This document shows, piece by piece, positions 20,525-31,370 of a DNA stretch of 64,000 nt. A program made the position numbers and the translations under genes. The notes under the pieces were generated by a model. It worked only from the letters and a program-made list of their open reading frames with translations, ran no database searches and was not told the DNA's origin. Position 1 is the first letter of the stretch; each line of letters starts with the position of its first letter. Source of the DNA: Candidatus Latescibacterota bacterium (GTDB lineage: Bacteria > Latescibacterota > UBA2968 > GCA-2709665); NCBI GenBank assembly GCA_965116875.1, contig OZ220733.1:3008001-3072000 (forward strand), in the 5' to 3' direction.

Positions 20525-22297
20525 ATGCCCCAGGAAGAGAAGAACGGGACTCCGGTTGCGGACGTGGAGGTTGAAAACCTGACTTCGAAGAAGCTGGAGG
20601 AACGGTTCGGCGAAGACGTCCTGGAGGTCTCCGTGTCCCGCGGCGACTGGACGGCGGTTTGCGAGGCGGACCGGGCGCTGGATATCCTCGCGTTCCTGCG
20701 GGACGATCCGGACCTGGCGTATGACCGTCTGTCGGATGTGACGGCGGTTGACTATTCCGAGTATCCGGGACCGCGACCCGGCACCCGGTTCAACGTGGTC
20801 TACCACCTTTATTCCCACCCTCACAACCACCGGTTCAGGCTCAGGGCGAAGGTAGACGATGAGACCTGCGGCATCCCGTCCGCGTGCGGGTTGTGGAAGG
20901 GGGCCGAATGGCCGGAGCGGGAAGCCTACGATATGTTCGGCATCCGCTTCGAGGGACATCCGGATCTCCGTCGCATATTGATGCCGGTGAATTTCAGGTA
21001 TTATCCCCTGAGGAAAGATTACCCGGTAAACGGGCGCGGAGAGAGGGACGTCATTGCGCCGGAAGATCCCGGGTTCGAGGGCAATCCCTTCGAAGGTGAC
21101 GATTCACCCGATGACGACCCGCTGGCGTCGGAGCGAATGGTCCTGAACCTCGGGCCCCAGCACCCGGCAACCCACGGTACGCTTCGGCTCACGCTCGAAC
21201 TGGACGGCGAGCGCATCTCCAGGTGCCTTCCGGACGTCGGCTATCTGCATACCGGCTTCGAAAAACTGGGAGAACACCACACGTACAACCAGTGGGTCAC
21301 GGTGACGGACCGGATGAATTATCTCTCGCCGTTGTGCAATAACATCGGTTTTGCAATGACGGTGGAAAAACTGATGGGCCTGGAAGTCCCGCCGCGCGCC
21401 ACGGTAATTCGCGTCATCCTCTCGGAACTCTCCCGCATCGCGGACCATATGGTCTGGCTGGGCACCCACGCGCTGGATATCGGCGCGATGACGGTATTCC
21501 TGTACACCTTTGAACAGCGCGAACGCCTGTACGATATCTTCGAGGCCGTCACCGGTACCCGTTTGACCACGAGTTATACTCGTGTGGGAGGCCTGGGATG
21601 GGACGTGCCCGACAATTTCCACGAACTGGTTACCGATTTCACGGCGCAATTCCCCAGGGCGGCAGGGGAGGTGGACAGGCTGTTGACCCGGAACAGGATC
21701 TGGATTGACCGTACCAAGGGTATCGGAGTGATTTCCTCCGAAGACGCCATCGCGTGGAACCTGACGGGACCGATGGCCCGCGGATCGGGCGTGAACTACG
21801 ACTTGCGGAAGGCCGAGCCCTATCTGGGTTACGAAGAATATGACTTTGAGATTCCCGTGGGCGAAAAGGGTGACGTCTACGACCGCTACCTGGTCCGGAT
21901 GGAGGAACTGAACCAGAGCATCCGGATCGTCGAACAGGCCGTGAACCATCTGCCCGGGGGCGGCGTCAAGGTCGACGACGCCAAGATCATACTTCCGGAG
22001 AAAGACGACGTGTATACCGGGATGGAATCGCTGATCCACCACTTCAAGGTAACAATGGACGATCACGGGATCGCGCCGCCGCCCGGCGAGATTTACGTGG
22101 CTACGGAGAGTCCCAACGGGGAATTGGGCTTCTATATTGTCAGCGACGGAAGCGGGGCCGCGTACCGGCTTCGCGTCAGACCCCCGTCGTTCATGAATTA
22201 CCAGTGTTTTCCGCAACTGGCGCATGGACATATGGTTGCGGACGTTGTGGCCATACTGGGAAGCATCAACGTCATCGCGGGAGAGTTGGATCGTTGA
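20525..22297 (+). CDS. nuoCD: NADH-quinone oxidoreductase fused subunits C/D
   Basis: C part: [35 protein letters not shown] part: [14 protein letters not shown]-terminal GELDR. Confidence 0.96.
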   Translation: MPQEEKNGTPVADVEVENLTSKKLEERFGEDVLEVSVSRGDWTAVCEADRALDILAFLRDDPDLAYDRLSDVTAVDYSEYPGPRPGTRFNVVYHLYSHPHNHRFRLRAKVDDETCGIPSACGLWKGAEWPEREAYDMFGIRFEGHPDLRRILMPVNFRYYPLRKDYPVNGRGERDVIAPEDPGFEGNPFEGDDSPDDDPLASERMVLNLGPQHPATHGTLRLTLELDGERISRCLPDVGYLHTGFEKLGEHHTYNQWVTVTDRMNYLSPLCNNIGFAMTVEKLMGLEVPPRATVIRVILSELSRIADHMVWLGTHALDIGAMTVFLYTFEQRERLYDIFEAVTGTRLTTSYTRVGGLGWDVPDNFHELVTDFTAQFPRAAGEVDRLLTRNRIWIDRTKGIGVISSEDAIAWNLTGPMARGSGVNYDLRKAEPYLGYEEYDFEIPVGEKGDVYDRYLVRMEELNQSIRIVEQAVNHLPGGGVKVDDAKIILPEKDDVYTGMESLIHHFKVTMDDHGIAPPPGEIYVATESPNGELGFYIVSDGSGAAYRLRVRPPSFMNYQCFPQLAHGHMVADVVAILGSINVIAGELDR

Positions 22298-22336
22298 GAG
22301 GCCTGAGCGCGGTGCAATTTCCAGGGAACCATTGAA

Positions 22337-22816
22337 ATGGCGATCGCCCTGTCTGAACAGACGCGGAAGAAGTGTGAGGAGATCATCACCCATTATCCGC
22401 CGGAGTGGCGCAAGGCGGCAATCCTTCCGGTTCTGCACCTGGCGCAGAAGGAGTGGGGGTATATCTCTCTGGAAGGGCTGAGATACGTCGCGGACCTTCT
22501 GGGAATCCCGCCCGCCCACGCGGCCGGCGTGATGAGCTTCTATCCGATGTTCCACAAGGCGCCCGTGGGCAAAACCGTCATCCATGTATGCGGAACCCTG
22601 TCCTGTGCGCTCTGCGGGGCCGGTGAAATCACGAATCACCTTAAGGAAAAGCTGAAAATCGACGTGGGCGAAACCACCGGGGACGGACGGTTCACGCTGG
22701 CCAAGGTGGAGTGCATCGCGGCCTGCGAGGGTGCGCCGGCGGTACTGATCAACGAGGATCTGCATCGCTGTGTGACGCGGGAGAAGCTGGACCATCTGCT
22801 GGACCGTTGCGCCTGA
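22337..22816 (+). CDS. nuoE: NADH-quinone oxidoreductase subunit E
   Basis: SFYPMF; [2Fe-2S] ligands CGTLSC and CIAAC. Confidence 0.95.
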   Translation: MAIALSEQTRKKCEEIITHYPPEWRKAAILPVLHLAQKEWGYISLEGLRYVADLLGIPPAHAAGVMSFYPMFHKAPVGKTVIHVCGTLSCALCGAGEITNHLKEKLKIDVGETTGDGRFTLAKVECIAACEGAPAVLINEDLHRCVTREKLDHLLDRCA

Positions 22817-22836
22817 ACCCCTGAAGCAGGACAGAT

Positions 22837-24174
22837 ATGCCGGAAGAATACAAGATCATCACCGAACTCTTCGGGGTCGAAGGCCTCTGTAATATCGACG
22901 TGTACAGGGCCCATGGCGGATATACGGCCATCGAGAAGGCCCTCGGAATGTCGCAGGACGAGGTGATCGACGAGGTGCGGGATGCGGCGCTGGCGGGACG
23001 GGGAGGCGCATGGTTTCCGGCCGGCGTCAAATGGGGTTTCATGCCGAAAGAACCCCGGGAGCCCAGCTATCTCTGCGTAAATGCCGACGAGAGCGAACCG
23101 GGCACCTTCAAGGACCGCCACCTGATGGAGCAGAATCCGCATCAGATGCTGGAAGGTACCATCATCGCCTCGTTCGCGATGCGGGTGAGCGTGGCATACG
23201 TCTATATCCGCGGCGAAATGTTCGAGGCGAGGACGATCGTGGAACGGGCGATTACCGAGGCGCGGGCGGCAGGATACATCGGCCGCAACATTCTGGGCTC
23301 CGGCTACGATCTGGAAGTCTACGTCCATCCCGGCGCCGGGGCTTACATCTGCGGCGAGGAAATGGGCCTGATCCAGTCCCTGAACGGCAACCGGGCCGAG
23401 CCGCGTTCGAAGCCTCCGTTTCCCGCCCAGCAGGGGGTTTTCGAACGGCCCACCACGGTGAACAACGTCCAGACGCTGTCCTATGTACCCCATATCGTGA
23501 ACCGCGGCGCGGACTGGTTCAAGGCAATCGGCAGCGAACGGTTTCCGGGTACATTCATTTTCTGCGTCAGCGGGCATGTGAACAGGCCGGGGATGTTCGA
23601 ACTGGAAACCGGTTCGGTTACAATGCGTGAGATCGTGGAGGATTTCGCCGGCGGCGTGCGCGACGGGCGTGAACTGAAAGCCGTGATTCCGGGCGGGGCG
23701 TCAACGCCTCCCATGACACCCGACCAGATCGATATCGTCATGGACCCGTCGAATTTCCTCGCGCCGGGCGGCGGCGACTTCCAGGGCATGTTCGGCACGG
23801 GCGGGATCATCGTGATGGACGAAACAACCTGCATGGTAGACGCGCTGCTGAATTTCATGGTCTTCTTCGCGCACGAGTCCTGCGGTCAGTGCACGCCGTG
23901 CCGGGAGGGATGTCCGTGGGCGCGAGACATCGTGTCGAGAATCGAAAAGGGACAGGGGAAGCCGGGCGACCTGGATACCCTGCTCGACGTTGCCCATAAC
24001 GTCGGGCCGTTTTTGTGTCCGCCCTCGAGGTTGACAACCATCTGCGGTTTCGGCGGGGCATTTGCGAATCCGATCCACGGCTTCGTACAAACGTTCCGCA
24101 GCGAATTCGAGGCCCACATCGAAGAAGGACGTTGCCCCGCCAGACAAGACAAATCCATCCGGGTTCCTGGGTAG
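22837..24174 (+). CDS. nuoF: NADH-quinone oxidoreductase subunit F
   Basis: GRGGA, NADESEPGTFKDR, GAGAYICGEE, ESCGQCTPCREG (N3 cluster). Confidence 0.95.
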   Translation: MPEEYKIITELFGVEGLCNIDVYRAHGGYTAIEKALGMSQDEVIDEVRDAALAGRGGAWFPAGVKWGFMPKEPREPSYLCVNADESEPGTFKDRHLMEQNPHQMLEGTIIASFAMRVSVAYVYIRGEMFEARTIVERAITEARAAGYIGRNILGSGYDLEVYVHPGAGAYICGEEMGLIQSLNGNRAEPRSKPPFPAQQGVFERPTTVNNVQTLSYVPHIVNRGADWFKAIGSERFPGTFIFCVSGHVNRPGMFELETGSVTMREIVEDFAGGVRDGRELKAVIPGGASTPPMTPDQIDIVMDPSNFLAPGGGDFQGMFGTGGIIVMDETTCMVDALLNFMVFFAHESCGQCTPCREGCPWARDIVSRIEKGQGKPGDLDTLLDVAHNVGPFLCPPSRLTTICGFGGAFANPIHGFVQTFRSEFEAHIEEGRCPARQDKSIRVPG

Positions 24175-24180
24175 ACAACA

Positions 24181-25803
24181 ATGTCGACATTTAGCATAGA
24201 CGGCAGCGAAATTGAGATCGTTCCGGGAAAGAACGTACTTCAGACGGCGATCGACAACGGAATATACGTTCCCCATTACTGCTACCACCCGGGGCTGAGC
24301 GCGCCGGCGAACTGCCGCATGTGCCTTGTGGAGATGGAAGTGGGCGGGCGGCGCAGCCTCGGGCCTTCCTGCTCTGCCATGCCCGCCGAGGGTATGGTTG
24401 TGGATACGCAGTCCGACGTCGTCAAGGAAAACCAGAATGCCGTGATGGAGTTCCTGCTGGTGAACCATCCGCTGGACTGTCCCGTGTGCGATCAGTCCGG
24501 AGAGTGCGAACTGCAGGATTACAGCTATACCTACGGATCCGACAGGAGCCGGTTCCACGAGAAGAAGCTGGTGCAGCCCAAGAAAGACGTCGGCCGGCAC
24601 GTGTTGTTGTATTCCGACCGGTGCATCCGGTGCACCCGCTGTATCCGGTTCTGTGACGAGGTTTCCGGAACGGGCGAACTGGGGTATTTCAACCGGGGCG
24701 TCTATAACGAGATCGACGTCTTTCCCGGGGAGCGGATGGACAATCGGCTGTCCGGCAATACGGTGGACATCTGCCCGGTAGGGGCGCTACTGGACAAGTC
24801 GTTCCTTTTCAAGCAGCGCGTATGGTTTCTGAAGTCGGTGGACACCATCTGCCCCGGCTGCAGTGCGGGATGCAACATCCGGGCCGATTACAACAACGAG
24901 CGGATCTACCGGCTCGTGCCGCGTCAGAATCCGGACGTGAACGAGTACTGGATGTGTGACGACGGCCGCCACGGGTGGGGCTACGTGCATGGGGACGACC
25001 GCCTGCTGTTTCCGATGTCGGGAAGAGGCGAGGAACAGGAACTGTCGCTGTGGGAGGTCGCGCTGGAGGCGGTAAGGGCGGGGTTCGAACGCATTCGGAC
25101 GGAATACGGCGACGGCGCCGTGGCCGGGGTTGCATCGACCTGTCTGACCAACGAAGAGCACTATCTGTTCGGCAGTCTCTTCCAGGACGGGCTGGCGGGC
25201 GGCCAAGTCGCGGTTCGCAGCCGGGTCAGCGACGAAGGCGACGTGGTGTTCAAGGGCGGATTCACCATCCGCGCGGACAAATCTCCGAATGCAAGAGGCG
25301 CGCGGGCCGTTCACGAGGGCATGGGGCTGCCTCTGGTGACGACTTCCGAGATCTGGCGTGGCGTGGCCGATGGCCGGATACGGGGACTCTACCTGGTGGG
25401 CGGCGATCCACTGGATTCACTGTCTGAAGAGGAACAGACGGCCCTTGAGTCCCTGGATTTCCTGGTCGTTCAGGATGTCTTGTCCCGCGGTTGGACGTCG
25501 ATGGCGGACGTGGTTCTTCCGGGCGCTGCCTTCATCGAGAAAGAAGGGACGTTCACGAACGCCGACGGACGGGTGCAACGGTTACGGCAGGGCCTGGCGC
25601 CCGTGGGCGACGCGCGGCCGGACTGGGAGATCCTGCGGGACGTCAACCGGTTGATGGGGGGCGAGGCCCCGCACACCGCGGTCGAAGAGGTCATGGTTGA
25701 AATGTCGAATGCCATCGCGGCATTTACGGGGATCAACTACGACGCGATCGGTGACGGGGGCCGGCCGCTCGTTGAGATCGAGGCAGCCGGGACGGAACGC
25801 TAG
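24181..25803 (+). CDS. nuoG: NADH-quinone oxidoreductase subunit G (short form, 540 aa)
   Basis: CYHP..CRMC, HPLDCPVCDQSGEC, CIRCTRC/CPVGAL, CPGCSAGC; molybdopterin-fold C-terminus (EKEGTFTN). Confidence 0.93.
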   Translation: MSTFSIDGSEIEIVPGKNVLQTAIDNGIYVPHYCYHPGLSAPANCRMCLVEMEVGGRRSLGPSCSAMPAEGMVVDTQSDVVKENQNAVMEFLLVNHPLDCPVCDQSGECELQDYSYTYGSDRSRFHEKKLVQPKKDVGRHVLLYSDRCIRCTRCIRFCDEVSGTGELGYFNRGVYNEIDVFPGERMDNRLSGNTVDICPVGALLDKSFLFKQRVWFLKSVDTICPGCSAGCNIRADYNNERIYRLVPRQNPDVNEYWMCDDGRHGWGYVHGDDRLLFPMSGRGEEQELSLWEVALEAVRAGFERIRTEYGDGAVAGVASTCLTNEEHYLFGSLFQDGLAGGQVAVRSRVSDEGDVVFKGGFTIRADKSPNARGARAVHEGMGLPLVTTSEIWRGVADGRIRGLYLVGGDPLDSLSEEEQTALESLDFLVVQDVLSRGWTSMADVVLPGAAFIEKEGTFTNADGRVQRLRQGLAPVGDARPDWEILRDVNRLMGGEAPHTAVEEVMVEMSNAIAAFTGINYDAIGDGGRPLVEIEAAGTER

Positions 25804-25836
25804 TGTTCTTCCCCGGACGGAACGCCAGACGCGCTT

Positions 25837-26877
25837 ATGGATTATGCGATTGAGAGTACAATCAAGGTCGTTGTGGTATTCGGCGGGCTTATGGGCGCCG
25901 TTGCCTATCTCGTACTGGCGGAACGAAAAATCAGCGCGTACATCCAAAACCGTCTGGGTCCGAACCGCGTTGGGCCGTGGGGACTGCTTCAGCCGATTGC
26001 CGACGGCCTCAAGTTTCTCTTCAAGGAAGATGTGATTCCCCGGCACGTGAACCGCTTCGTCTACCTGGCCGCGCCGCCCGCCATTCTCGTCCCCGCACTG
26101 ATGGGATTCGCCATCGTGCCGTTCGGAGATTCCATTACCCTTTGGGGCCGGGAGATCCGGCTGCAGATCGCCGATGTGAATATCGGCATCCTCTACCTCC
26201 TTGCACTGGCATCGCTGGGGGTCTACGGGGTTGTGCTTGGCGGATGGGCGTCCAACAACAAGTACGCCCTGCTGGGCGGGCTTCGCGCGTCCGCCCAGAT
26301 GATCAGCTACGAACTGGCGCTGGGGCTGTCTCTCATCGGCGTGCTGATGGCCGCGGGCACATTGCAGCTGGACGAAATCGTGAGACAACAGTCGGAGCAG
26401 ACGCTGTTCGGATTTCTGCCGGGATGGAACGTATTTACGCAGCCGCTCGGGTTCGTGTTGTTCACCGCGGCGGCGTTCGCCGAGAGCAACCGTCTGCCCT
26501 TCGATCTTCCGGAGTCCGAACAGGAACTGGTGGCCGGTTACCACGCCGAGTACAGCAGCATGAAGTTCGCCATGTTCTTCATGGCCGAATACGCCCACAT
26601 GATTACGGCGTCAGCCGTAATCGCCACGCTGTTCTTCGGCGGCTGGCATATGCCCTGGCTCGTCGATCCCGGAAGTACCTCGATCGGCGCCAGCCTGCTC
26701 AAGGTGCTCGCGTTTCTGGTCAAGACCGGATTCTTCATGTTTCTGTTCCTTTGGGTGCGCTGGACCCTTCCTCGTTTTCGATACGATCAGGTGATGTGGC
26801 TGGGGTGGAAGGTCCTGCTGCCGCTGGCGCTTCTGAACGTCTTCCTGACCGGTCTGTATCTGACGCTGACGAGATGA
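25837..26877 (+). CDS. nuoH: NADH-quinone oxidoreductase subunit H
   Basis: ERKISA.IQ.R.GPNRVG, AQMISYE, NRLPFDLPE.EQELVAG, PRFRYDQ. Confidence 0.97.
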   Translation: MDYAIESTIKVVVVFGGLMGAVAYLVLAERKISAYIQNRLGPNRVGPWGLLQPIADGLKFLFKEDVIPRHVNRFVYLAAPPAILVPALMGFAIVPFGDSITLWGREIRLQIADVNIGILYLLALASLGVYGVVLGGWASNNKYALLGGLRASAQMISYELALGLSLIGVLMAAGTLQLDEIVRQQSEQTLFGFLPGWNVFTQPLGFVLFTAAAFAESNRLPFDLPESEQELVAGYHAEYSSMKFAMFFMAEYAHMITASAVIATLFFGGWHMPWLVDPGSTSIGASLLKVLAFLVKTGFFMFLFLWVRWTLPRFRYDQVMWLGWKVLLPLALLNVFLTGLYLTLTR

Positions 26878-26902
26878 AGCGCGGCGCCCCGCGGGAGGGA
26901 TA

Positions 26903-27439
26903 ATGGAGCAGACCTTCTTTTTCGTTTTTGCCGCAATCGCGCTGCTCGCGGCCGTGCTCCTCGTCGCGTTTCGCAACCCGGTCTACAGCGCCCTGTCTCT
27001 GGTGGCCGCGTTCTTCGCCCTGGCGGGGCTTTTTGTTTTGCTGAATGCGTATTTCCTGGCGGCGGTGCAGATTATCGTGTATGCCGGCGCAATCATGGTA
27101 CTCTTCCTGTTTGTGATCATGCTGCTGAACCTGGGTCATTCCGATGCGCTTGAGCGCGTCGCGGGCAAATATCGGCGCGTGGCGGTTGTCCTGCTGGCGG
27201 CGGTTCTGGTGTCGCAACTGGGCTTCATGGCGGGACGGCGTTGGGCCGGCACACCGGCGTCGGGAGAGGCGCCGTTGTTTACAGACAACATCAATACCAT
27301 CGGCAAGATGCTGTATACCAGATATCTGTTTCCTTTCGAGGTGGTTTCCCTGATTCTGCTGGTTGCCCTGATCGGTGTGATGGTCATGGTAAAAGGGGAC
27401 CGCGGGAGCGGAGAAAACCAGCCCCGGAAGGCCCCTTGA
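26903..27439 (+). CDS. nuoJ: NADH-quinone oxidoreductase subunit J
   Basis: NPVYSAL, QIIVYAGAIMVLFLFVIML, YLFPFE. Confidence 0.96.
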   Translation: MEQTFFFVFAAIALLAAVLLVAFRNPVYSALSLVAAFFALAGLFVLLNAYFLAAVQIIVYAGAIMVLFLFVIMLLNLGHSDALERVAGKYRRVAVVLLAAVLVSQLGFMAGRRWAGTPASGEAPLFTDNINTIGKMLYTRYLFPFEVVSLILLVALIGVMVMVKGDRGSGENQPRKAP

Positions 27440-27558
27440 TTCGTCCAGGCGAACGCCGGTCCGCTTTTCGTTTTCGCGGCGAATTCATACTGGATACGTA
27501 TCCTGTTCACCCATGTAAATTCTGAGTTTATGAATTAAAGAGAAACAGTGAGATCGAA

Positions 27559-27864
27559 ATGGCCGTTCCGGTTACCTATTACCTGATACTGAGCGCGATG
27601 CTTTTCGCCATCGGCGTGGCGGGCGTGCTGATTCGTCGCAACGCGATCGTGATCTTCATGTGCATCGAACTGATGCTGAACGCGGTCAATCTGTTGTTCG
27701 TGACGATGGCGCGTTATATGGGTTCGGGTTCCGGACAGGTTTTCGTGTTTTTCGTGATGGCGGTGTCCGCCGCCGAGGTGGCGGTGGGACTGGCAATTAT
27801 CATTTCACTTTACAGGAACAGGCAGACACTGGACGTGGGCGAGGTGAATGTGTTGAAATGGTAG
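27559..27864 (+). CDS. nuoK: NADH-quinone oxidoreductase subunit K
   Basis: [23 protein letters not shown]. Confidence 0.97.
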   Translation: MAVPVTYYLILSAMLFAIGVAGVLIRRNAIVIFMCIELMLNAVNLLFVTMARYMGSGSGQVFVFFVMAVSAAEVAVGLAIIISLYRNRQTLDVGEVNVLKW

Positions 27865-27924
27865 GCGCCGTGGGAATCCGGGTCGGCGTTTGCGATTTTT
27901 CCTTCTGATTCGAATGGGCCTTGC

Positions 27925-29784
27925 ATGTTGACCGTTGTCATTCTGATCGTTCTCTTTCCGCTCGCCGGCGCGGCCGTAAACGGTTTGTTCGGGTACCGGC
28001 TGCGGGAGGCGTCCGGATATATCGGCGCCGCAGCGGTCGGTCTGTCGTGGGTTCTGTCTCTGCGCGTTCTGTTCTGGGTGATGAGCGGTGGGGAACTGAA
28101 CGAAAACGTGTACGCGTGGATCGTGGCGGGGTCGTTCAACGCCTCGGTGGGGTTCCAGGTCGATGCGCTGTCGACGATCATGATCGTGACGGTTACGACG
28201 ATCTCGTTTCTGATTCACGTGTATTCTTTCGGGTACATGCGCAATGACCCGGGGTTTGCCAGATTCTTCGCCTACCTCAACCTGTTTGTGTTCTCCATGC
28301 TGGTTCTGGTTCTGGCAAACAACTATCTGCTGATGTTCGTGGGCTGGGAAGGCGTTGGATTGTGTTCATATCTCCTCATCGGCTTCTGGTACGAGCGGAA
28401 ATCCGCTTCGGACGCCGGTAAAAAGGCGTTCATCGTCAACCGGATCGGGGATTTCGGTTTCCTGCTTGGGATCTTTCTGATGGCGAGTTACCTGGGCACG
28501 GTGCAGTACGCCGAGGTATTCGAAAAAGCGCCACTGATGTTGTCCACGGGGGTTGCAACGGCGATTGCGCTGCTGCTCTTTCTGGGCGCCTGCGGCAAGT
28601 CGGCGCAGTTTCCGCTTTACGTCTGGCTGCCCGACGCAATGGAAGGCCCCACACCCGTCAGTTCATTGATCCATGCGGCCACCATGGTCACGGCGGGGGT
28701 CTATATGGTGGCCCGTTCGAACGTGCTGTATACTCTCGCGCCCACCGCCGGATCCGTGGTCGCATGGGTCGGCGTCGCCACGGCGTTGCTTGCCGCGACC
28801 ATTGCGCTGGTGAATACCGACATCAAACGGGTGCTGGCCTATTCAACGGTGAGCCAGTTGGGGTACATGTTCATTGGCGTGGGCGTCGGTGCATATACGG
28901 CCGGGATTTTCCACCTGTTCACGCACGCGTTCTTCAAGGGTTTGATGTTCCTGGCCGCCGGCAGCGTGATGCACGCGATGCAGGACGAACTGGATATGCG
29001 TAAGATGGGAGGGCTGCTGGGCAGGATGCGGATAACCGGCGTTACGTTCTGGATCGGCGCGCTCGCCATCGCCGGAATACCGCCGCTTGCCGGCTTCTGG
29101 AGCAAGGACGAAATCCTGGTGAGCGCCTACCGCTCGGGAAACGTGGCAATCTGGGCTCTGGGGGTTTTAGGGGCGATCCTCACTGCGTTTTACATGTTCC
29201 GCCTGATCCTGATGACTTTCCATGGACAACCCCGGGATCAGCACCTGTACGACCACGCTCACGAGTCGCCGGCGAACATGACCGTGCCGCTGGTCGTTCT
29301 GGCGCTGGGTTCGGCCGTTGTGGGTTTTGTGGGCGTTCCCCCGGGTCACGGCTGGATCGATGGGTTCCTGAGCGATTCGGCCGGCGCGTCCCATCATTCA
29401 GGATCCGGAGGATTGTCCGGCGGGATGCTGGTTGGGATTTCCGTCCTCGCGGGTCTTTTGGGAATCGGATTCGCATACCGGATGCACAGGGCAGGCCGGC
29501 TGGGAGCGGCATCCTCAAACACCGTTCACGGGCTGCTGATACGCAAGTGGTACGTCGACGAGATTTACGACACTCTCATCGTGCGGCCGATTCATCGGAT
29601 TTCGCTGGTATTGGCGCGTGTCCTGGACGCAATCGTGGTGGACGGAATCGCGAACGGGCTGGGCCTGCTGGTGAAAGGCGCGGGCTGGATCGTTACCCGC
29701 TTTCAGTCCGGCAACGCGCCCACCTATGCGCTCTGGATGGTGATTGGCGTGGTCGCGGTAATCTACTACGTCTCGGGGAACTGA
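27925..29784 (+). CDS. nuoL: NADH-quinone oxidoreductase subunit L
   Basis: GWEGVG, GKSAQFPL.VWLPDAMEGPTPVS, HAATMV, SKDEI; normal-length lateral helix (KWYVDE..QSG). Confidence 0.97.
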   Translation: MLTVVILIVLFPLAGAAVNGLFGYRLREASGYIGAAAVGLSWVLSLRVLFWVMSGGELNENVYAWIVAGSFNASVGFQVDALSTIMIVTVTTISFLIHVYSFGYMRNDPGFARFFAYLNLFVFSMLVLVLANNYLLMFVGWEGVGLCSYLLIGFWYERKSASDAGKKAFIVNRIGDFGFLLGIFLMASYLGTVQYAEVFEKAPLMLSTGVATAIALLLFLGACGKSAQFPLYVWLPDAMEGPTPVSSLIHAATMVTAGVYMVARSNVLYTLAPTAGSVVAWVGVATALLAATIALVNTDIKRVLAYSTVSQLGYMFIGVGVGAYTAGIFHLFTHAFFKGLMFLAAGSVMHAMQDELDMRKMGGLLGRMRITGVTFWIGALAIAGIPPLAGFWSKDEILVSAYRSGNVAIWALGVLGAILTAFYMFRLILMTFHGQPRDQHLYDHAHESPANMTVPLVVLALGSAVVGFVGVPPGHGWIDGFLSDSAGASHHSGSGGLSGGMLVGISVLAGLLGIGFAYRMHRAGRLGAASSNTVHGLLIRKWYVDEIYDTLIVRPIHRISLVLARVLDAIVVDGIANGLGLLVKGAGWIVTRFQSGNAPTYALWMVIGVVAVIYYVSGN

Positions 29785-29788
29785 ACCC

Positions 29789-31315
29789 ATGCCCGGACTC
29801 CTTACAGGCCTGATCTTCATCCCTTTGATTGGCGGCGCGCTGGTCCTGCTGTTCGGTCGCGGCCGGGACGGATTCAGCCGGGTGTTCGCTCTGGCCGTGG
29901 CATCTGTGAATCTGCTGCTGTCCTTTTTGTTGTATGCCGATTTCAGAGCCGGTGTTCCGGGGATGCAGTTTGTGGAGAAGGTAGAGTGGGTGGGCCGGTT
30001 CGGCATCTCGTACTTCGTGGGTATCGACGGAATCAGCCTGTTGTTGGTACTGGTGACGACCCTGCTCACGTTCCTGGCGATTCTCGCCTCCTGGTCGTCG
30101 ATCACGTCCCGGGTGCGGGAGTACATGGCGTCGATGCTTCTGCTGGAGACCGGGATGGTGGGGGTGTTCTGCGCCCTGGACCTCTTCCTCTTCTACGTGT
30201 TCTGGGAGGCCATGCTGATCCCGATGGTTCTGTTGATCGGCGTCTGGGGCGGCGAACGCCGGATCTACGCGGCCGTGAAGTTCGTGCTGTTTACCCTGGC
30301 CGGCAGCCTGTTGATGCTCGTGGCGATCGTCTATCTCGGCCTGCAGTTCGGTACCTTCGATCTCATGGCTCTTCAGAAGATGACCTATCTACACCCGCAG
30401 CAGCACTGGCTCTTCCTGGCGTTTTTCCTGAGTTTCGCCATCAAGGTCCCTCTGTTTCCGCTTCATACATGGTTGCCGGACGCGCACGTCGAGGCGCCGA
30501 CGGCGGGCAGCGTCATCCTGGCGGGGGTTCTGCTCAAGATGGGTACCTACGGATTGATCCGGTTCTGCCTTCCGCTGTTCCCGCTGGCTGCACTGTACTT
30601 TACTCCTTATATCATGGCGCTCTCCGTGGTCGGAATCGTGTACGGCGCGCTGGTGGCGATGGTACAGACGGATATCAAGAAGCTGGTGGCATATTCGAGC
30701 GTGAGCCACCTTGGGTTCGTGGTCCTGGGAATTTTCGCCATGAACGCCCAGGGAATGCAGGGTGGAGTCATTCAGATGGTGAACCACGGGCTGTCCACGG
30801 GAGCGTTGTTTCTGATCGTGGGCATGATCTACGAACGCCGGCATACGCGTCTGATCGCCGATTTTGGCGGACTGGCCAAATCCATACCGGTATTCGCCAC
30901 CTTCTTTTTGATTACGACGCTATCTTCCATAGGGCTTCCCGGGCTGAACGGGTTTGTAGGCGAGTTTCTGATCCTTCTCGGAACTTTCAAGGCAAGTATG
31001 GTGCATGGCATCATCGCGGCGTCGGGTGTCGTCCTTGCCGCGGTGTACATGCTGTGGATGTTCCAGCGGGTCGTGTGGGGAGAGGTGAGAGACGAACGCA
31101 ACCGGAAGCTGCCGGACCTGTCCCTGCGCGAATGGCTCATTCTGACGCCGCTGGTGATACTGATGTTCTGGATTGGCGTGTACCCGGGCGCACTCCTGAA
31201 GAAAACCGAACTGTCCGCCAAGCTCGTGGTGGAACAGGTGCGGATCCGGCAGATCGAAAGCCTGAACGAACTGTACGTGATGGATCGCAAGGACGGGGAA
31301 AACCGGATAGAATGA
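29789..31315 (+). CDS. nuoM: NADH-quinone oxidoreductase subunit M
   Basis: GIDGIS, FWEAML, IKVPLFPLHTWLPDAHVEAP, LLKMG, GLPGLNGFVGEF. Confidence 0.97.
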   Translation: MPGLLTGLIFIPLIGGALVLLFGRGRDGFSRVFALAVASVNLLLSFLLYADFRAGVPGMQFVEKVEWVGRFGISYFVGIDGISLLLVLVTTLLTFLAILASWSSITSRVREYMASMLLLETGMVGVFCALDLFLFYVFWEAMLIPMVLLIGVWGGERRIYAAVKFVLFTLAGSLLMLVAIVYLGLQFGTFDLMALQKMTYLHPQQHWLFLAFFLSFAIKVPLFPLHTWLPDAHVEAPTAGSVILAGVLLKMGTYGLIRFCLPLFPLAALYFTPYIMALSVVGIVYGALVAMVQTDIKKLVAYSSVSHLGFVVLGIFAMNAQGMQGGVIQMVNHGLSTGALFLIVGMIYERRHTRLIADFGGLAKSIPVFATFFLITTLSSIGLPGLNGFVGEFLILLGTFKASMVHGIIAASGVVLAAVYMLWMFQRVVWGEVRDERNRKLPDLSLREWLILTPLVILMFWIGVYPGALLKKTELSAKLVVEQVRIRQIESLNELYVMDRKDGENRIE

Positions 31316-31370
31316 ACCGGTCGTCGGACGCGTTCGGCCGTCGCATATCGCGGCGTGGAGGAAACCGGGT

